Below are positions 17,323 to 26,500 of a stretch of DNA of 64,000 bases, in pieces. A program made the position numbers and the translations under genes. Below the pieces are notes generated by a model. That model did not search any database, was not told the DNA's origin, and worked only from the letters and a program-made list of their open reading frames with translations. The DNA is from a virus. Its lineage: Duplodnaviria; Heunggongvirae; Uroviricota; Caudoviricetes. Location of the stretch: the IMG/VR virus record IMGVR_UViG_3300046533_000211, positions 33,220 through 97,219 of that record; one strand, given 5' to 3'. How positions within the stretch are numbered: the first letter of the stretch is position 1; every line of letters begins with the position of its first letter.

Positions 17323-19320
17323 CTACTGGTACGCATAGAACCACGCCTGTCCGCGCCCACCGACACCGCCCGCACTGGAGCTGAGGAACGAGCCATTGCC
17401 GCCAGCGGCACCCGCACCCGGAGCGCCACCCGCACCACCGTTGCCTGAACCAGCGGCACCACCGTTCGCAGAGATGCCGCCCCATGCGGTGTTACCTGGC
17501 CCCTGACCCCCTTGACTGCCGGTACCGGAACCGCCCGCAGCACCAGCTGAGGACGAGGTCGCCATGCCTGTTCCGGTAGCAGTGGTGGCCCCGCCAGCGC
17601 CGCCCGCCACGTTGTTGCCCGAGCCAGCCGTACCGCCCACGCCCACCGTCCCGGTGATCTGGGTGGTACTCCACGGGATGTCGACGCCACGCACCAGGGT
17701 GCCCATCGTGTAGACCGCCGCCTTGCCACCGTTGCCAGCTGTCGAGCTGTAGTTGCCCGACGCACCGCCACCGCCACCACCGAGCAGGATCATGTCGATC
17801 TTGTTCGCCCACCAGGGGATGGCATAGGTGTACGCGCCTGCCGTGGTGAAGTTCTGGCTAGCGGGTCCGTTGGGTGCGAACCCCACTGTGGCCGCCAGGG
17901 TGCCGATGCCGGTGGGGGCGGCTGTGCGGAACTCCCGCTTGAACACCGTCGCCATCATCGTGCCTTCACCACCCGCACCAGAGGCACCGACACCGGAGAC
18001 GCCACCGCTGGTGGCAGTGAACGACTCGATGGCGCGATACCCGGTGCCATCGGTGTACTGGGCCACGCCGACCTGGCGGTGGTTGGCATCGCGCGGAATG
18101 ATGTTGAGGCTGTCGGGCCAGGTCAGTACCAGCCCACCGTTGTAGAAAACGGTGTAGGTGTTGCCCCTTCGCCTGACGGTCCACTGGTCACCGACGTTGG
18201 AGGTGGCAACGGCTGCCGAGGCCTGACTGGCGAGGCCGGTGGTGTCCCACAGACTCTGGGTGTAGATCGTGACCCCGGAGCCGCCATTGAAGAAGGCGAA
18301 GATGCCCTCGCCCGCCGCACTCATCCCCAGCAGGATCGTGGCGTAGTCACCACCACCCGTGAAGGCACCCAGGACGATGGAAACTTCCATGTCGTCCTGG
18401 GCCATCGTGACGGGTGCAGTGGCCTCGCACCAGGTGGTCACGGGGACGGGATACAGCGCGTTGCTGATGACCCCGATGACGCCGTTGCGATTCGTCCAGC
18501 CGTTCCCCGGTGAGGTGGTGGAGTTGGCCCGGACGATGCCATCGGTGAAGGTGGGAGTCGAGGCGTTATAGATCTGGCTGGTGGTCGGCGTCAGGATGCC
18601 ACCGCCACCATACTGCGGTGCCAGCAGGTACTGGATGACTGTGGTCGCACCGAGCGCACCGCCACCGTTGAGGTTGACCAGTGCCCGGAACAGCTGGTAC
18701 GCCTGCGACGACAGGGCACCCGACCCAGCAAACGCCACCAGCACCCGGTTGACCGCAATCACGGTGGCCGAGGACAGCGCGCCAGCTCCTGCGAACTGCG
18801 CGACGACATTCTGGAGTTCGCCGATCAGCAGCCCCGCGAGGCTGCCGTTGCCGGTCAGCTGCACCGCCTGCGGGTAGATCTGATACCACCAGGCCGAGAG
18901 GCCATCGCCCTGTGACCAGCCGCCGATCACCGACGCTGACAGGGTGCCCTCGCCGAGGAACCACGCCGGGTTGCCAATGGTGGCGTCATAGGCGATTGCG
19001 GACAAGGTGCCCTGGCCTGTCTGAGCGATGGCAATGGGGATGATCTGGGAGAACTGGGCAGCGAGTGAGCCATCACCGGCCAGCACAGCGGAACCGGGCA
19101 CGATCGGTTGGGGTGCCCCAACGAGCAGCCCGCCGCCGCTGAACTGAGGAGTTCGCCTCTCGATCTTGGTGACCGTGGCGGTCAGGCTGCCGTCACCGGA
19201 GAATAGGACGAAGGTCGGCAGCTTCCAGCCTGGGACCGGCACCACGGGTGAAGCTGCAGGTGTGACCGCCCAGCCCTGTTGAGGTCCGGGCGGCGCTGGC
19301 GGGGTGACCACCCATGCCAC
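17323..19320 (-). CDS. glycine-rich minor tail protein (paralog)
   Basis: 665 aa; shares ...RRGNTY...PRDA.HR..VG... domain with 15577-17316; Gly-rich C-terminus. Confidence 0.7.
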   Translation of the reverse strand: MAWVVTPPAPPGPQQGWAVTPAASPVVPVPGWKLPTFVLFSGDGSLTATVTKIERRTPQFSGGGLLVGAPQPIVPGSAVLAGDGSLAAQFSQIIPIAIAQTGQGTLSAIAYDATIGNPAWFLGEGTLSASVIGGWSQGDGLSAWWYQIYPQAVQLTGNGSLAGLLIGELQNVVAQFAGAGALSSATVIAVNRVLVAFAGSGALSSQAYQLFRALVNLNGGGALGATTVIQYLLAPQYGGGGILTPTTSQIYNASTPTFTDGIVRANSTTSPGNGWTNRNGVIGVISNALYPVPVTTWCEATAPVTMAQDDMEVSIVLGAFTGGGDYATILLGMSAAGEGIFAFFNGGSGVTIYTQSLWDTTGLASQASAAVATSNVGDQWTVRRRGNTYTVFYNGGLVLTWPDSLNIIPRDANHRQVGVAQYTDGTGYRAIESFTATSGGVSGVGASGAGGEGTMMATVFKREFRTAAPTGIGTLAATVGFAPNGPASQNFTTAGAYTYAIPWWANKIDMILLGGGGGGASGNYSSTAGNGGKAAVYTMGTLVRGVDIPWSTTQITGTVGVGGTAGSGNNVAGGAGGATTATGTGMATSSSAGAAGGSGTGSQGGQGPGNTAWGGISANGGAAGSGNGGAGGAPGAGAAGGNGSFLSSSAGGVGGRGQAWFYAYQ

Positions 19321-19323
19321 GGG

Positions 19324-19626
19324 CTACCCGATCGGTGGCCAGGGCAGCGTCGGCTGCGTGTCGTTGTAGAACTCACCGTTGGGCAGGTTGACCCGCCACA
19401 GGTGGAAGCCGCCGTCCTCGACCCTCAGTGCCACCGCACCGGTCTCCGGGTCACGCCGCACCGTGCCCAGCGGGTCGCCCTCCTGGATGGCGTGATAGGC
19501 CGCGATCACAGCGGCCACTTTGTTGGCGTCGATCTCACCGACCATCGCCGCGATGTGTTCCAGCGCAGCAGGATTAGTGAGCGCCTTCGGCTGGCGGACA
19601 GGGCCGTCATCGTTGCGTTCGGTCAT
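19324..19626 (-). CDS. hypothetical protein (100 aa)
   Basis: ORF between minor tail genes. Confidence 0.55.
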   Translation of the reverse strand: MTERNDDGPVRQPKALTNPAALEHIAAMVGEIDANKVAAVIAAYHAIQEGDPLGTVRRDPETGAVALRVEDGGFHLWRVNLPNGEFYNDTQPTLPWPPIG

Positions 19627-22600
19627 GCGAAGCTCCTATTCAAGAGTGCGACCTCGAAGTAGCAGGACACGCCGTTGGAATCACCGACGAAGGCATTACT
19701 CGCGGCGGCGCTGTAGTAGTAACCGGGCTGGATGGTGTCGCCCTGGTTGATGTACACGATGGCCAGGCCCTCCATGCCGTCCGCTGAGTTGCCGACGTAG
19801 GAATCGGCGAACGCGCCGCCCATCAGCACGTCCACGGCGTTGTTCTGATAGATCGCGCAGTCGGCCTTCCTGCTGGTGGGGATGTTGTTGATCCCGTACC
19901 GGATGTGGACCAGGTAGCTGCCCTCGGTGTTGATGGTCAGGTTCAGCCCGTCCCAGGTCATGTCGGACGAGATCCACTCCTGGGTGTCGAAGAAGTTCAC
20001 CGGCACCCGGTTGGTGCCGCTGCTCGCGGCAACTTGCGCCACGTTGCGGCGGCTGGCCCGGAAGCTGGAGCCGTTGATCGTGGGTGCCTGGTTGTCGCTG
20101 ACCGAGGTGCTGGTGATGGCGGGGGGTGGGTTCGCACCGTTGCTGCCGGTCTTGATCTCGGTGCGGCAGCCCCAGTACCGGAAGCCCGCGCCCAGGCCCG
20201 AGGTGGTGCCGACCTCGGTGTAGTCGTAGACCAACGTCTGGCCTGAGTAGACCTGGTAGCGGCGGGGGTTGCCACCCACCCCGAAGACCATGCTGATGTC
20301 CATCGACCAGGTCAGCGGGATGTTACTGGCCCAGACCGTCTCAACGCCGTTGACAGTGCAGCCGATATCGCCCTTGTAGGTGAGGAAGCCGGTGCAGTAG
20401 CCCCGCGCCCAGACGTAGGTGGTGGGGTTGGCGGGGTTGTTCACCCGACCGCAGGCGGCGATGCGCGGGGTGCCGCCAGAGCTGGCTCCGGGTGGGGCCG
20501 AGGCCAGCGTGCCGCGCACAATCTGGAAGTCGGTGTTCGTCGGTGCGGCGTTGTAGCAGATCATGGCATTGCGGTTGCCGTCGTTGTTCGCTACCCGCCA
20601 CCCGGCCTGGCCGCTGGTGATGCCGATGCTGGAGGTGCCCACCCCGGAGTAGACCGTGGTGAAATTCGACGGCAGCCCACCGTCTGGGTACTGGTTGAAG
20701 TTCACCGTGACGCTGGTGCCCGACACATCCGTGCCGGTGTTGACGCTCCGCATCGCCTGGATGTTCTGGGTGTTCAGCAGCACGCTGCTGTAGATCGAGT
20801 CCATCGCGGCACGGGACTGGGTAGGGGTCATCGAGGCGTACTGGGAACCCGCACCGAACAGGCCGTTCATCAGGTGATCGGTGACGGAGCCGAGGTCGGT
20901 GATGTTGGTCCGGTTCAGCTGGCCGGTGGGGATCTGGGCGATGGCCATGATGCCGCTGGCGATCTTGGTGGCGTCCAGGGACGGGATCGCGACGGTGGGC
21001 AGCAGCGGGTGGTTCGCCATGTTGGACAGGAACGCCGAGTTGAAGGTGCCCGTCGCAGCGACGTTGGTCAGGCGGTTGGTGATCGACGTGATCGAACTCG
21101 GGACATCGGCGAAGCTGCCCAGGCCGAGGGTGTTGACCAGGCTGACCACGTCGGTCTGCAAGGCCCGCGCAATGATCTGCGTGGTCATGTTGGACATGTC
21201 ACCGACCAGGTTCTGCGTCCAGCTCTGCTGGAGCAGGTTCGTCTTGGTCAGGCTGGCGTCGTCCCAATTGATCGTCCCTGTGGTGCAGGCAGGCAGCACC
21301 TGGAGCTGGAGCCGCACAGCGTCGACCCCGGCAGGCACCGTGTAAGTTCCGGACAGCTGGGTCCAGGCCGAGCTGGCTGCTGGAGAGGTGACCGCCTGGA
21401 TCACTGTGCTGTTGACCGGCTGACCCGCGAGGTAGCTCTGCAGCGACAGTTGCATGCACGCCCCGACCCCGGAGACACCCGACCACATCAGCCAGTGCGA
21501 GAGGTTGAGGATCTGCCCCTGGCTCACGGGGGTGGCCGGGTCGGAGTTCAGTGCCCGCAGGGTGCCGTTGGCGATGACCTTGACTGAGCCGCTGCCCTCG
21601 GCGGTATGGGTCTGGGTGCCGTCGTAGATCCAGATGCCTTGTCCCGCAACGGCAATAGACGAGGCATAGTTCGGATTCGCCAGCAGGTTGGGCGTGGTCT
21701 GCCCGATGCTGCTGACCGGGACCAGCGGCAGCAGCCACTGGGGGAACTGGCCCGTGGTGATCTGGCTGGCGTCCAGCGGTGGGATCTGACCTAGCCCAAG
21801 GACACCGGACACAATCTTGGTGGCATCCAGACCGGGGATCTGACCCGCCCCGAGGGTTCCCGTCACGATGCCCGCCGCGATGCTGGTGATGTTCAGCATT
21901 GACTGGGGGAATTGTCCAGTCGTGACCTTGGTGGCGTCGAGACTGGGGATCACCGACGCCAGCAGGGTGGTGACGATGTTGACGCCGGGGATATTCAGCA
22001 GCGAGGTCTTCACCGAGGCCACGGTGTTCCCAGTCGTAGCGCCACCGTTAGACGCCTGGAAGATGCCGTCGATCATCGACTGCATGTCCGTGGACATGGC
22101 TTTCGTGATATTCGGAATCAGGCCGGTAGCAAGCACACCCGAGACAATCTTGGTGGCGTCCAGTCCAGGGATGAGCGTGGCCAGGAACGTGCCGCTGGTG
22201 ATCTGACCTGCGGGCAGGCTGGGGATGTGCGCTACGTCAAGGCCGGGGATCTGGCCCAGCGCAAGGATGCCGGTGACGATCTTGGTGGCATCCAGGCCCG
22301 GTATGTTCGTCGCGGTCAGGACACCCGTGACCAGGCTGGCCGCAATCGAGGTGATGTTCACCATGCTTTGCGGGAACTGACCGGAGACGATCTTGGTGGC
22401 ATCAAGACCGGGGATGTTGGCCGCAGCGAGTATCCCGCTGACGACGCTGGCCGGGATGCTGGTGATGTTGACCATCGACTGGGGGAATACGCCCGAGACG
22501 ATCTTGGTGGTGTCCAGGCCAGGGATGTGCACCGCACTGACGAGCGACGTGAGCGGGTCCATCGGAGCCAGCAGCTTGGTCGGCTGAACCAGGTCAGTGA

Positions 22601-23291
22601 GGAATACCTCGACCGCCGTGACCGGATCGAACCCGCCTGCCGTCAGGGCAGGGTTGCCGAACATCGAGAGGAAGTCGGTGAAGTAGCTGGCGACATCGGG
22701 TGCCGTGCCGGTGCCGGGAGGGAACCCGACCGTGCCCAGGATCGCATCGATGATGCCCTGCACGTCACCGCTGGCGATGGCACTGCCCAGATTGGCCAGG
22801 TCACTCTCCAGGTTCGTGATCTGGCTCTGCGGGAACTGACCGCTCACGATCTTGGTGGCGTCCAAGCCGGGGATGTTGAACATGTGCAACAGCTGGGTCG
22901 CCGGGTCCATCGGGCCGAGCAGGTTCTCTGGCCACAGATTGGACTGGATGAAGTTGTTGACCACCGAGGACAGGTCGAAGCCATTGGTGCCGAGCAGGCC
23001 ACCACCGATCGCGAAGAACTTCTCGATGTCGCCGAAGAACTGGTTGACGTAGGTCCAGGTGCCTGTCCACACCTCCCCGGTGACGCTGCTCAGTGGGCCG
23101 GTCAGCCCGAGAATGGCCTGCACCAGGCTCTCGGTGAGCGCGGTGACCTGGGTGCCCGCGCTCTGACCCTGCCGTCCCATGACATCCTCGATGCCCATGT
23201 CGAGCTGGTTCAGCGGGTTCTTGTCCGACTTGAACAGGTTGATGCCCGCGATAGGTTGCCTACCGGCGAAGAGGTCGACAGCCCCGGCCAT
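19623..23291 (-). CDS. minor tail protein with about 10 tandem IPGLDATKIV(S/T)G repeats and a C-terminal beta-rich (probable receptor/carbohydrate-binding) domain
   Basis: 1222-aa ORF; repeated motif read in translation. Confidence 0.75.
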   Translation of the reverse strand: MAGAVDLFAGRQPIAGINLFKSDKNPLNQLDMGIEDVMGRQGQSAGTQVTALTESLVQAILGLTGPLSSVTGEVWTGTWTYVNQFFGDIEKFFAIGGGLLGTNGFDLSSVVNNFIQSNLWPENLLGPMDPATQLLHMFNIPGLDATKIVSGQFPQSQITNLESDLANLGSAIASGDVQGIIDAILGTVGFPPGTGTAPDVASYFTDFLSMFGNPALTAGGFDPVTAVEVFLTDLVQPTKLLAPMDPLTSLVSAVHIPGLDTTKIVSGVFPQSMVNITSIPASVVSGILAAANIPGLDATKIVSGQFPQSMVNITSIAASLVTGVLTATNIPGLDATKIVTGILALGQIPGLDVAHIPSLPAGQITSGTFLATLIPGLDATKIVSGVLATGLIPNITKAMSTDMQSMIDGIFQASNGGATTGNTVASVKTSLLNIPGVNIVTTLLASVIPSLDATKVTTGQFPQSMLNITSIAAGIVTGTLGAGQIPGLDATKIVSGVLGLGQIPPLDASQITTGQFPQWLLPLVPVSSIGQTTPNLLANPNYASSIAVAGQGIWIYDGTQTHTAEGSGSVKVIANGTLRALNSDPATPVSQGQILNLSHWLMWSGVSGVGACMQLSLQSYLAGQPVNSTVIQAVTSPAASSAWTQLSGTYTVPAGVDAVRLQLQVLPACTTGTINWDDASLTKTNLLQQSWTQNLVGDMSNMTTQIIARALQTDVVSLVNTLGLGSFADVPSSITSITNRLTNVAATGTFNSAFLSNMANHPLLPTVAIPSLDATKIASGIMAIAQIPTGQLNRTNITDLGSVTDHLMNGLFGAGSQYASMTPTQSRAAMDSIYSSVLLNTQNIQAMRSVNTGTDVSGTSVTVNFNQYPDGGLPSNFTTVYSGVGTSSIGITSGQAGWRVANNDGNRNAMICYNAAPTNTDFQIVRGTLASAPPGASSGGTPRIAACGRVNNPANPTTYVWARGYCTGFLTYKGDIGCTVNGVETVWASNIPLTWSMDISMVFGVGGNPRRYQVYSGQTLVYDYTEVGTTSGLGAGFRYWGCRTEIKTGSNGANPPPAITSTSVSDNQAPTINGSSFRASRRNVAQVAASSGTNRVPVNFFDTQEWISSDMTWDGLNLTINTEGSYLVHIRYGINNIPTSRKADCAIYQNNAVDVLMGGAFADSYVGNSADGMEGLAIVYINQGDTIQPGYYYSAAASNAFVGDSNGVSCYFEVALLNRSFA
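21750..22950 (-). repeat. in-frame tandem coding repeats (about 60-75 nt units encoding IPGLDATKIVSGQFPQSMVNITSI-like segments)
   Basis: Visible as recurring cttggtggcgtccag(a/g)ccgggga(t/c) DNA units; purely coding, not CRISPR. Confidence 0.6.
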
Positions 23292-23294
23292 GAG

Positions 23295-24428
23295 CTACGC
23301 CGTAACCGGCATGATCAGGACGAAGATCTGCGCATCGATGGGGTTGAACTGGAACAGCCCGATCTGGCCGTCGTTGTACAGGTTCACGTAGATGGTGCCC
23401 TGCGCTGGGCTGGAGTGATTCGCTGGGCAGACGGCTCGCCCATTGGTCGGCGTGATCGCGTTGGCGGGGGTGTTGGGGTCGGAGTAGTGAGGCATCACGT
23501 TCACCTCGCCCATCGTGTTTCCGAACCCGCGACCCACCAGGGTGCCTGAAGTCGGATCACCCAGCCTGACCTCGCAGCCGATCATCAGTGGGTTGGCCGA
23601 GAGCATCAGCCCGAACGCTCCGATGTGGCCCCAGATGATGGGCGTCCACGGGAACGGCTGGGCCGGGATCTGGAAGGACCCGATGGCGGCGCGCTGGCTG
23701 ATGCCGGTAAACGCAGTAAACGAACTCTCGGGCATCGAGAACGGGCCGGGCAGGATCTGGCTGATGGACACCGGCACCCAGAGCGGATGGTAGTCGGGTG
23801 CTCCTGTCGTCTCGCCGAGATGGCCCAGCAGTGATCCCACTGCTGGCGGGTTGGTCACCAGGTCCACATCCGGGCACAGCGCCATCGCCGGGGCCGGTCC
23901 GTCTGGGCCTTCCTCCACGTCGAGCTTGAGGTGCCACTGCGGATACTTCGGGTTCTGGTAGGTCACGTCGATGGTGGAACCCTCGCCATGTGGGACCAGC
24001 TCGACGGTCGGGGTGATGATCGGGATCGGTCCCGGTGGGCCAGGGGTGCCCAGCATCATCCTGCGGTAGGCGCTGCCGTACCAGATGTACGCCGAGCTGC
24101 CGATGATGTTGCCCGCCCCGTCCACGTCATCGAACATCCAGGCCTTGCCGATGTCGGCCTTGGTGTTCTGCAGCGTCTCGGGCAGGTCGCCAGGATCATC
24201 GAGGGCATCGTTCTGCAGGTTCAGCAGGAACGCATCCTGGCCGCTGGGACCACGTGGCCCGATGATCGCAGCCATGGTCAGGGTGCCCTGGTCGCCCTGG
24301 ATCTCGAAGGTGGCGAAGAACTCGTTGCCGCTGGCATCAGGCGGCACCACCACACCGTAGACACGGGTGTTGATCAGGTAGTTCGCCAGGTATTGAAAGT
24401 CGGTAACCGGAGGCGCAACGGTCGTCAT
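23295..24428 (-). CDS. minor tail protein (collagen-like PGPPGP segment)
   Basis: 377 aa; C-terminal 250 aa paralogous to 24428-25630. Confidence 0.7.
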   Translation of the reverse strand: MTTVAPPVTDFQYLANYLINTRVYGVVVPPDASGNEFFATFEIQGDQGTLTMAAIIGPRGPSGQDAFLLNLQNDALDDPGDLPETLQNTKADIGKAWMFDDVDGAGNIIGSSAYIWYGSAYRRMMLGTPGPPGPIPIITPTVELVPHGEGSTIDVTYQNPKYPQWHLKLDVEEGPDGPAPAMALCPDVDLVTNPPAVGSLLGHLGETTGAPDYHPLWVPVSISQILPGPFSMPESSFTAFTGISQRAAIGSFQIPAQPFPWTPIIWGHIGAFGLMLSANPLMIGCEVRLGDPTSGTLVGRGFGNTMGEVNVMPHYSDPNTPANAITPTNGRAVCPANHSSPAQGTIYVNLYNDGQIGLFQFNPIDAQIFVLIMPVTA

Positions 24429-25630
24429 CAGCCCTCCTCAGGCGGCGGGGTCAGGGTCGGCACGACCAGGATGAACAGCTGGGCGTTCTTGGGGTTGAAG
24501 TCGTAGACACCCAGCGCGCCGTCGTTCCACAGGTTGACGTAGATCGTCCCCTGGCTCGGGTTGGTGTGGTTGGCAGGCACCATCGCACGCCGGTTACTCG
24601 GCGTGATGGCCTCGGTCTCCTTCCCCGCCTTGGAGTAGTGACTCAGGATGTTCACTTCGCCCAAGGTGTTGCCGAAGCCCCTGGAGATCTGGATGCCCTT
24701 GACCGGATCACCCAGCAGCACTTCCGCACCGATCATCAGGGGGTTCGCACTCAGCGTCAGGCCGCCGCTGCCGAAGTGCCCCCAGACGATGGGGGTCCAG
24801 GGCCACGGCTGGGGTGGGATGACGTAGCTGCCGATAGCAGCCCGCTGGCTCACTCCGGTGTAGGCGACGAACGCACTCTCGGGCATGGACCAGGGGCCGG
24901 GGACGTACATGTCGATGCTGGCTGGCTTCCAGATCACATCACCACTGCCGGTGAACTGGTCGGTCGCCATCATCAGGTCGCCGTACCCCACGCTGCCGAA
25001 GTCGCTGGTGTCCACATCAGGGAAGTCGTAGAGGTCTGTCACCACACCGGGGATACCGCGCGGGACCGCCAGCTCGAACACCCAGCTCGGTTCCAGCGTG
25101 GTGCCGCTGGTGTCCACCCACGACGTGGTGTCCGGGTAGGTCGGGTAACCCTGCGGCTCGATGAGATCGGTGTGCGGCTCGATGGCGGGCACCGGTCCTG
25201 GCGGGCCATAGCTGCCCATGATCAGCACGCGATACCGGGTGCCCCACCAGACGTGCGACTCGACGCTGATGACATTGCCCCACTCATCCACGATGTCGAT
25301 GTCGTAGTACTTGCCGATGTCGTCGGGGGTGTCGGTGAGATCGGTGGGGAGATCGTCCACGCTCTCGCACAGCGGCTCATCCTGCAGCCGCAGCGGGAAG
25401 GAGTGCTGGCCCCGGAAGCCACGTGGCCCAGCCAGTGGGTCGGTGTCCATCACGCCCTGGTCGCCCATCACCTTCAGATCTGCGGAGTACAGATTCGGGG
25501 TGTCGGGTCCGGTCGTCTCCGCGTTCAGCTTGGCGCGGATCAGGTACGAAGCCAGGTAGACCAGTGAGCCGACCGGCAGGGTGTGCTCGGGCGTGTACGC
25601 CGGGTCGCCCACAGGCACGGGCAGGGTCAT
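24428..25630 (-). CDS. minor tail protein (paralog of 23295-24428)
   Basis: 400 aa; shared ...IWGH.G..GL.LSANPLMIG.EV.LGDP... core. Confidence 0.7.
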   Translation of the reverse strand: MTLPVPVGDPAYTPEHTLPVGSLVYLASYLIRAKLNAETTGPDTPNLYSADLKVMGDQGVMDTDPLAGPRGFRGQHSFPLRLQDEPLCESVDDLPTDLTDTPDDIGKYYDIDIVDEWGNVISVESHVWWGTRYRVLIMGSYGPPGPVPAIEPHTDLIEPQGYPTYPDTTSWVDTSGTTLEPSWVFELAVPRGIPGVVTDLYDFPDVDTSDFGSVGYGDLMMATDQFTGSGDVIWKPASIDMYVPGPWSMPESAFVAYTGVSQRAAIGSYVIPPQPWPWTPIVWGHFGSGGLTLSANPLMIGAEVLLGDPVKGIQISRGFGNTLGEVNILSHYSKAGKETEAITPSNRRAMVPANHTNPSQGTIYVNLWNDGALGVYDFNPKNAQLFILVVPTLTPPPEEG

Positions 25631-25679
25631 GGCGCTTATGGTGCCCGATCAACCAGGCCGATGAGGGGAAGCACGCCGG

Positions 25680-26333
25680 TCATCGGTCATCGAAGCCCTC
25701 CCAGGTGATCTTCGGCGTGACGCTCCACTCCTCAGGCATCGGTGGAGCCTGCCCAGGATCGCCGTCCCGCTGCGCGGCGAGCTTGCGGGTGTCAGGGGGC
25801 AGGTTGGGGTCATCACTGCGGTGCTCGGGCCGTAGCTCCTCGGCAGCGTTGTCGGGTGCCCGCGAGTCCACCCAGGTGTACGCACCCTCGACCACACCGG
25901 GGCCACCGTAGTAGCGGCGCTTGATGTAGACATGCTCGGACTGCCGGAAGCCCAGCAGGGCCAGCGTCCAGGCGATGGCGATCTTGGGCTGGGTCATGTG
26001 AACACCCGAGAGGTCCACCACGTGGCCGTCCGGGTCGGTCGGGTAGTCCAGCGCCTCGTAGATGTCCAAGTACGCAGCCTGGACCACCAGCATCTCGTAG
26101 GCCCGTTCCTTCTCCTCACCCGTCAGCCCCGCCTGCTCGATGGTGCGTGGGGTCAGCTCACCCCGCTCACCGAACTGGAGCTTGGGCGGTGTGCGGTCGA
26201 ACGGGTTCGGCCCACCACCGAAGGCGTACCCCGAGGTGGTGTCAGTGCGGTAGCCACGGTCTCGCGGCTGGCCCTCGCTGTAGGTCGGACGCCCGCCCCT
26301 GGGCCTGCCGTTGCGCTTGCTCTTGTTACTCAT
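25680..26333 (-). CDS. minor tail protein
   Basis: ATG (MSNKSKRNG) at 26333 with GGGAAGGGG RBS; preceded by a 165-bp regulatory gap. Confidence 0.6.
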   Translation of the reverse strand: MSNKSKRNGRPRGGRPTYSEGQPRDRGYRTDTTSGYAFGGGPNPFDRTPPKLQFGERGELTPRTIEQAGLTGEEKERAYEMLVVQAAYLDIYEALDYPTDPDGHVVDLSGVHMTQPKIAIAWTLALLGFRQSEHVYIKRRYYGGPGVVEGAYTWVDSRAPDNAAEELRPEHRSDDPNLPPDTRKLAAQRDGDPGQAPPMPEEWSVTPKITWEGFDDR

Positions 26334-26500
26334 GAACCCCTTCCCAGCAAACAATTCTTAATCGTTACCTCAATAGGCATTACTGGCCGCATAGTCCACG
26401 TAGCGCGGCGTGCACCCTTCTCAGGCACCACCATGTCACCCCTCTTCCGTTCGTCATTTCCCCAGGTCAGAGGGTGTTTCGATCTTGACACCCCAGGACC
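26334..26500 (-). promoter_or_regulatory. internal intergenic region of tail operon with TAGGCATTA / GCATAGTCCA motifs (candidate internal promoter/operator)
   Basis: Lower-GC gap; motifs shared with 9465-9520. Confidence 0.4.

Noticed and set aside
21750-22950. Regularly spaced DNA repeats that could be mistaken for a CRISPR array
   Set aside because: The repeats are in-frame within a single 1222-aa ORF and encode a repeated peptide motif. Spacers are not unique non-coding segments. No cas genes are present.
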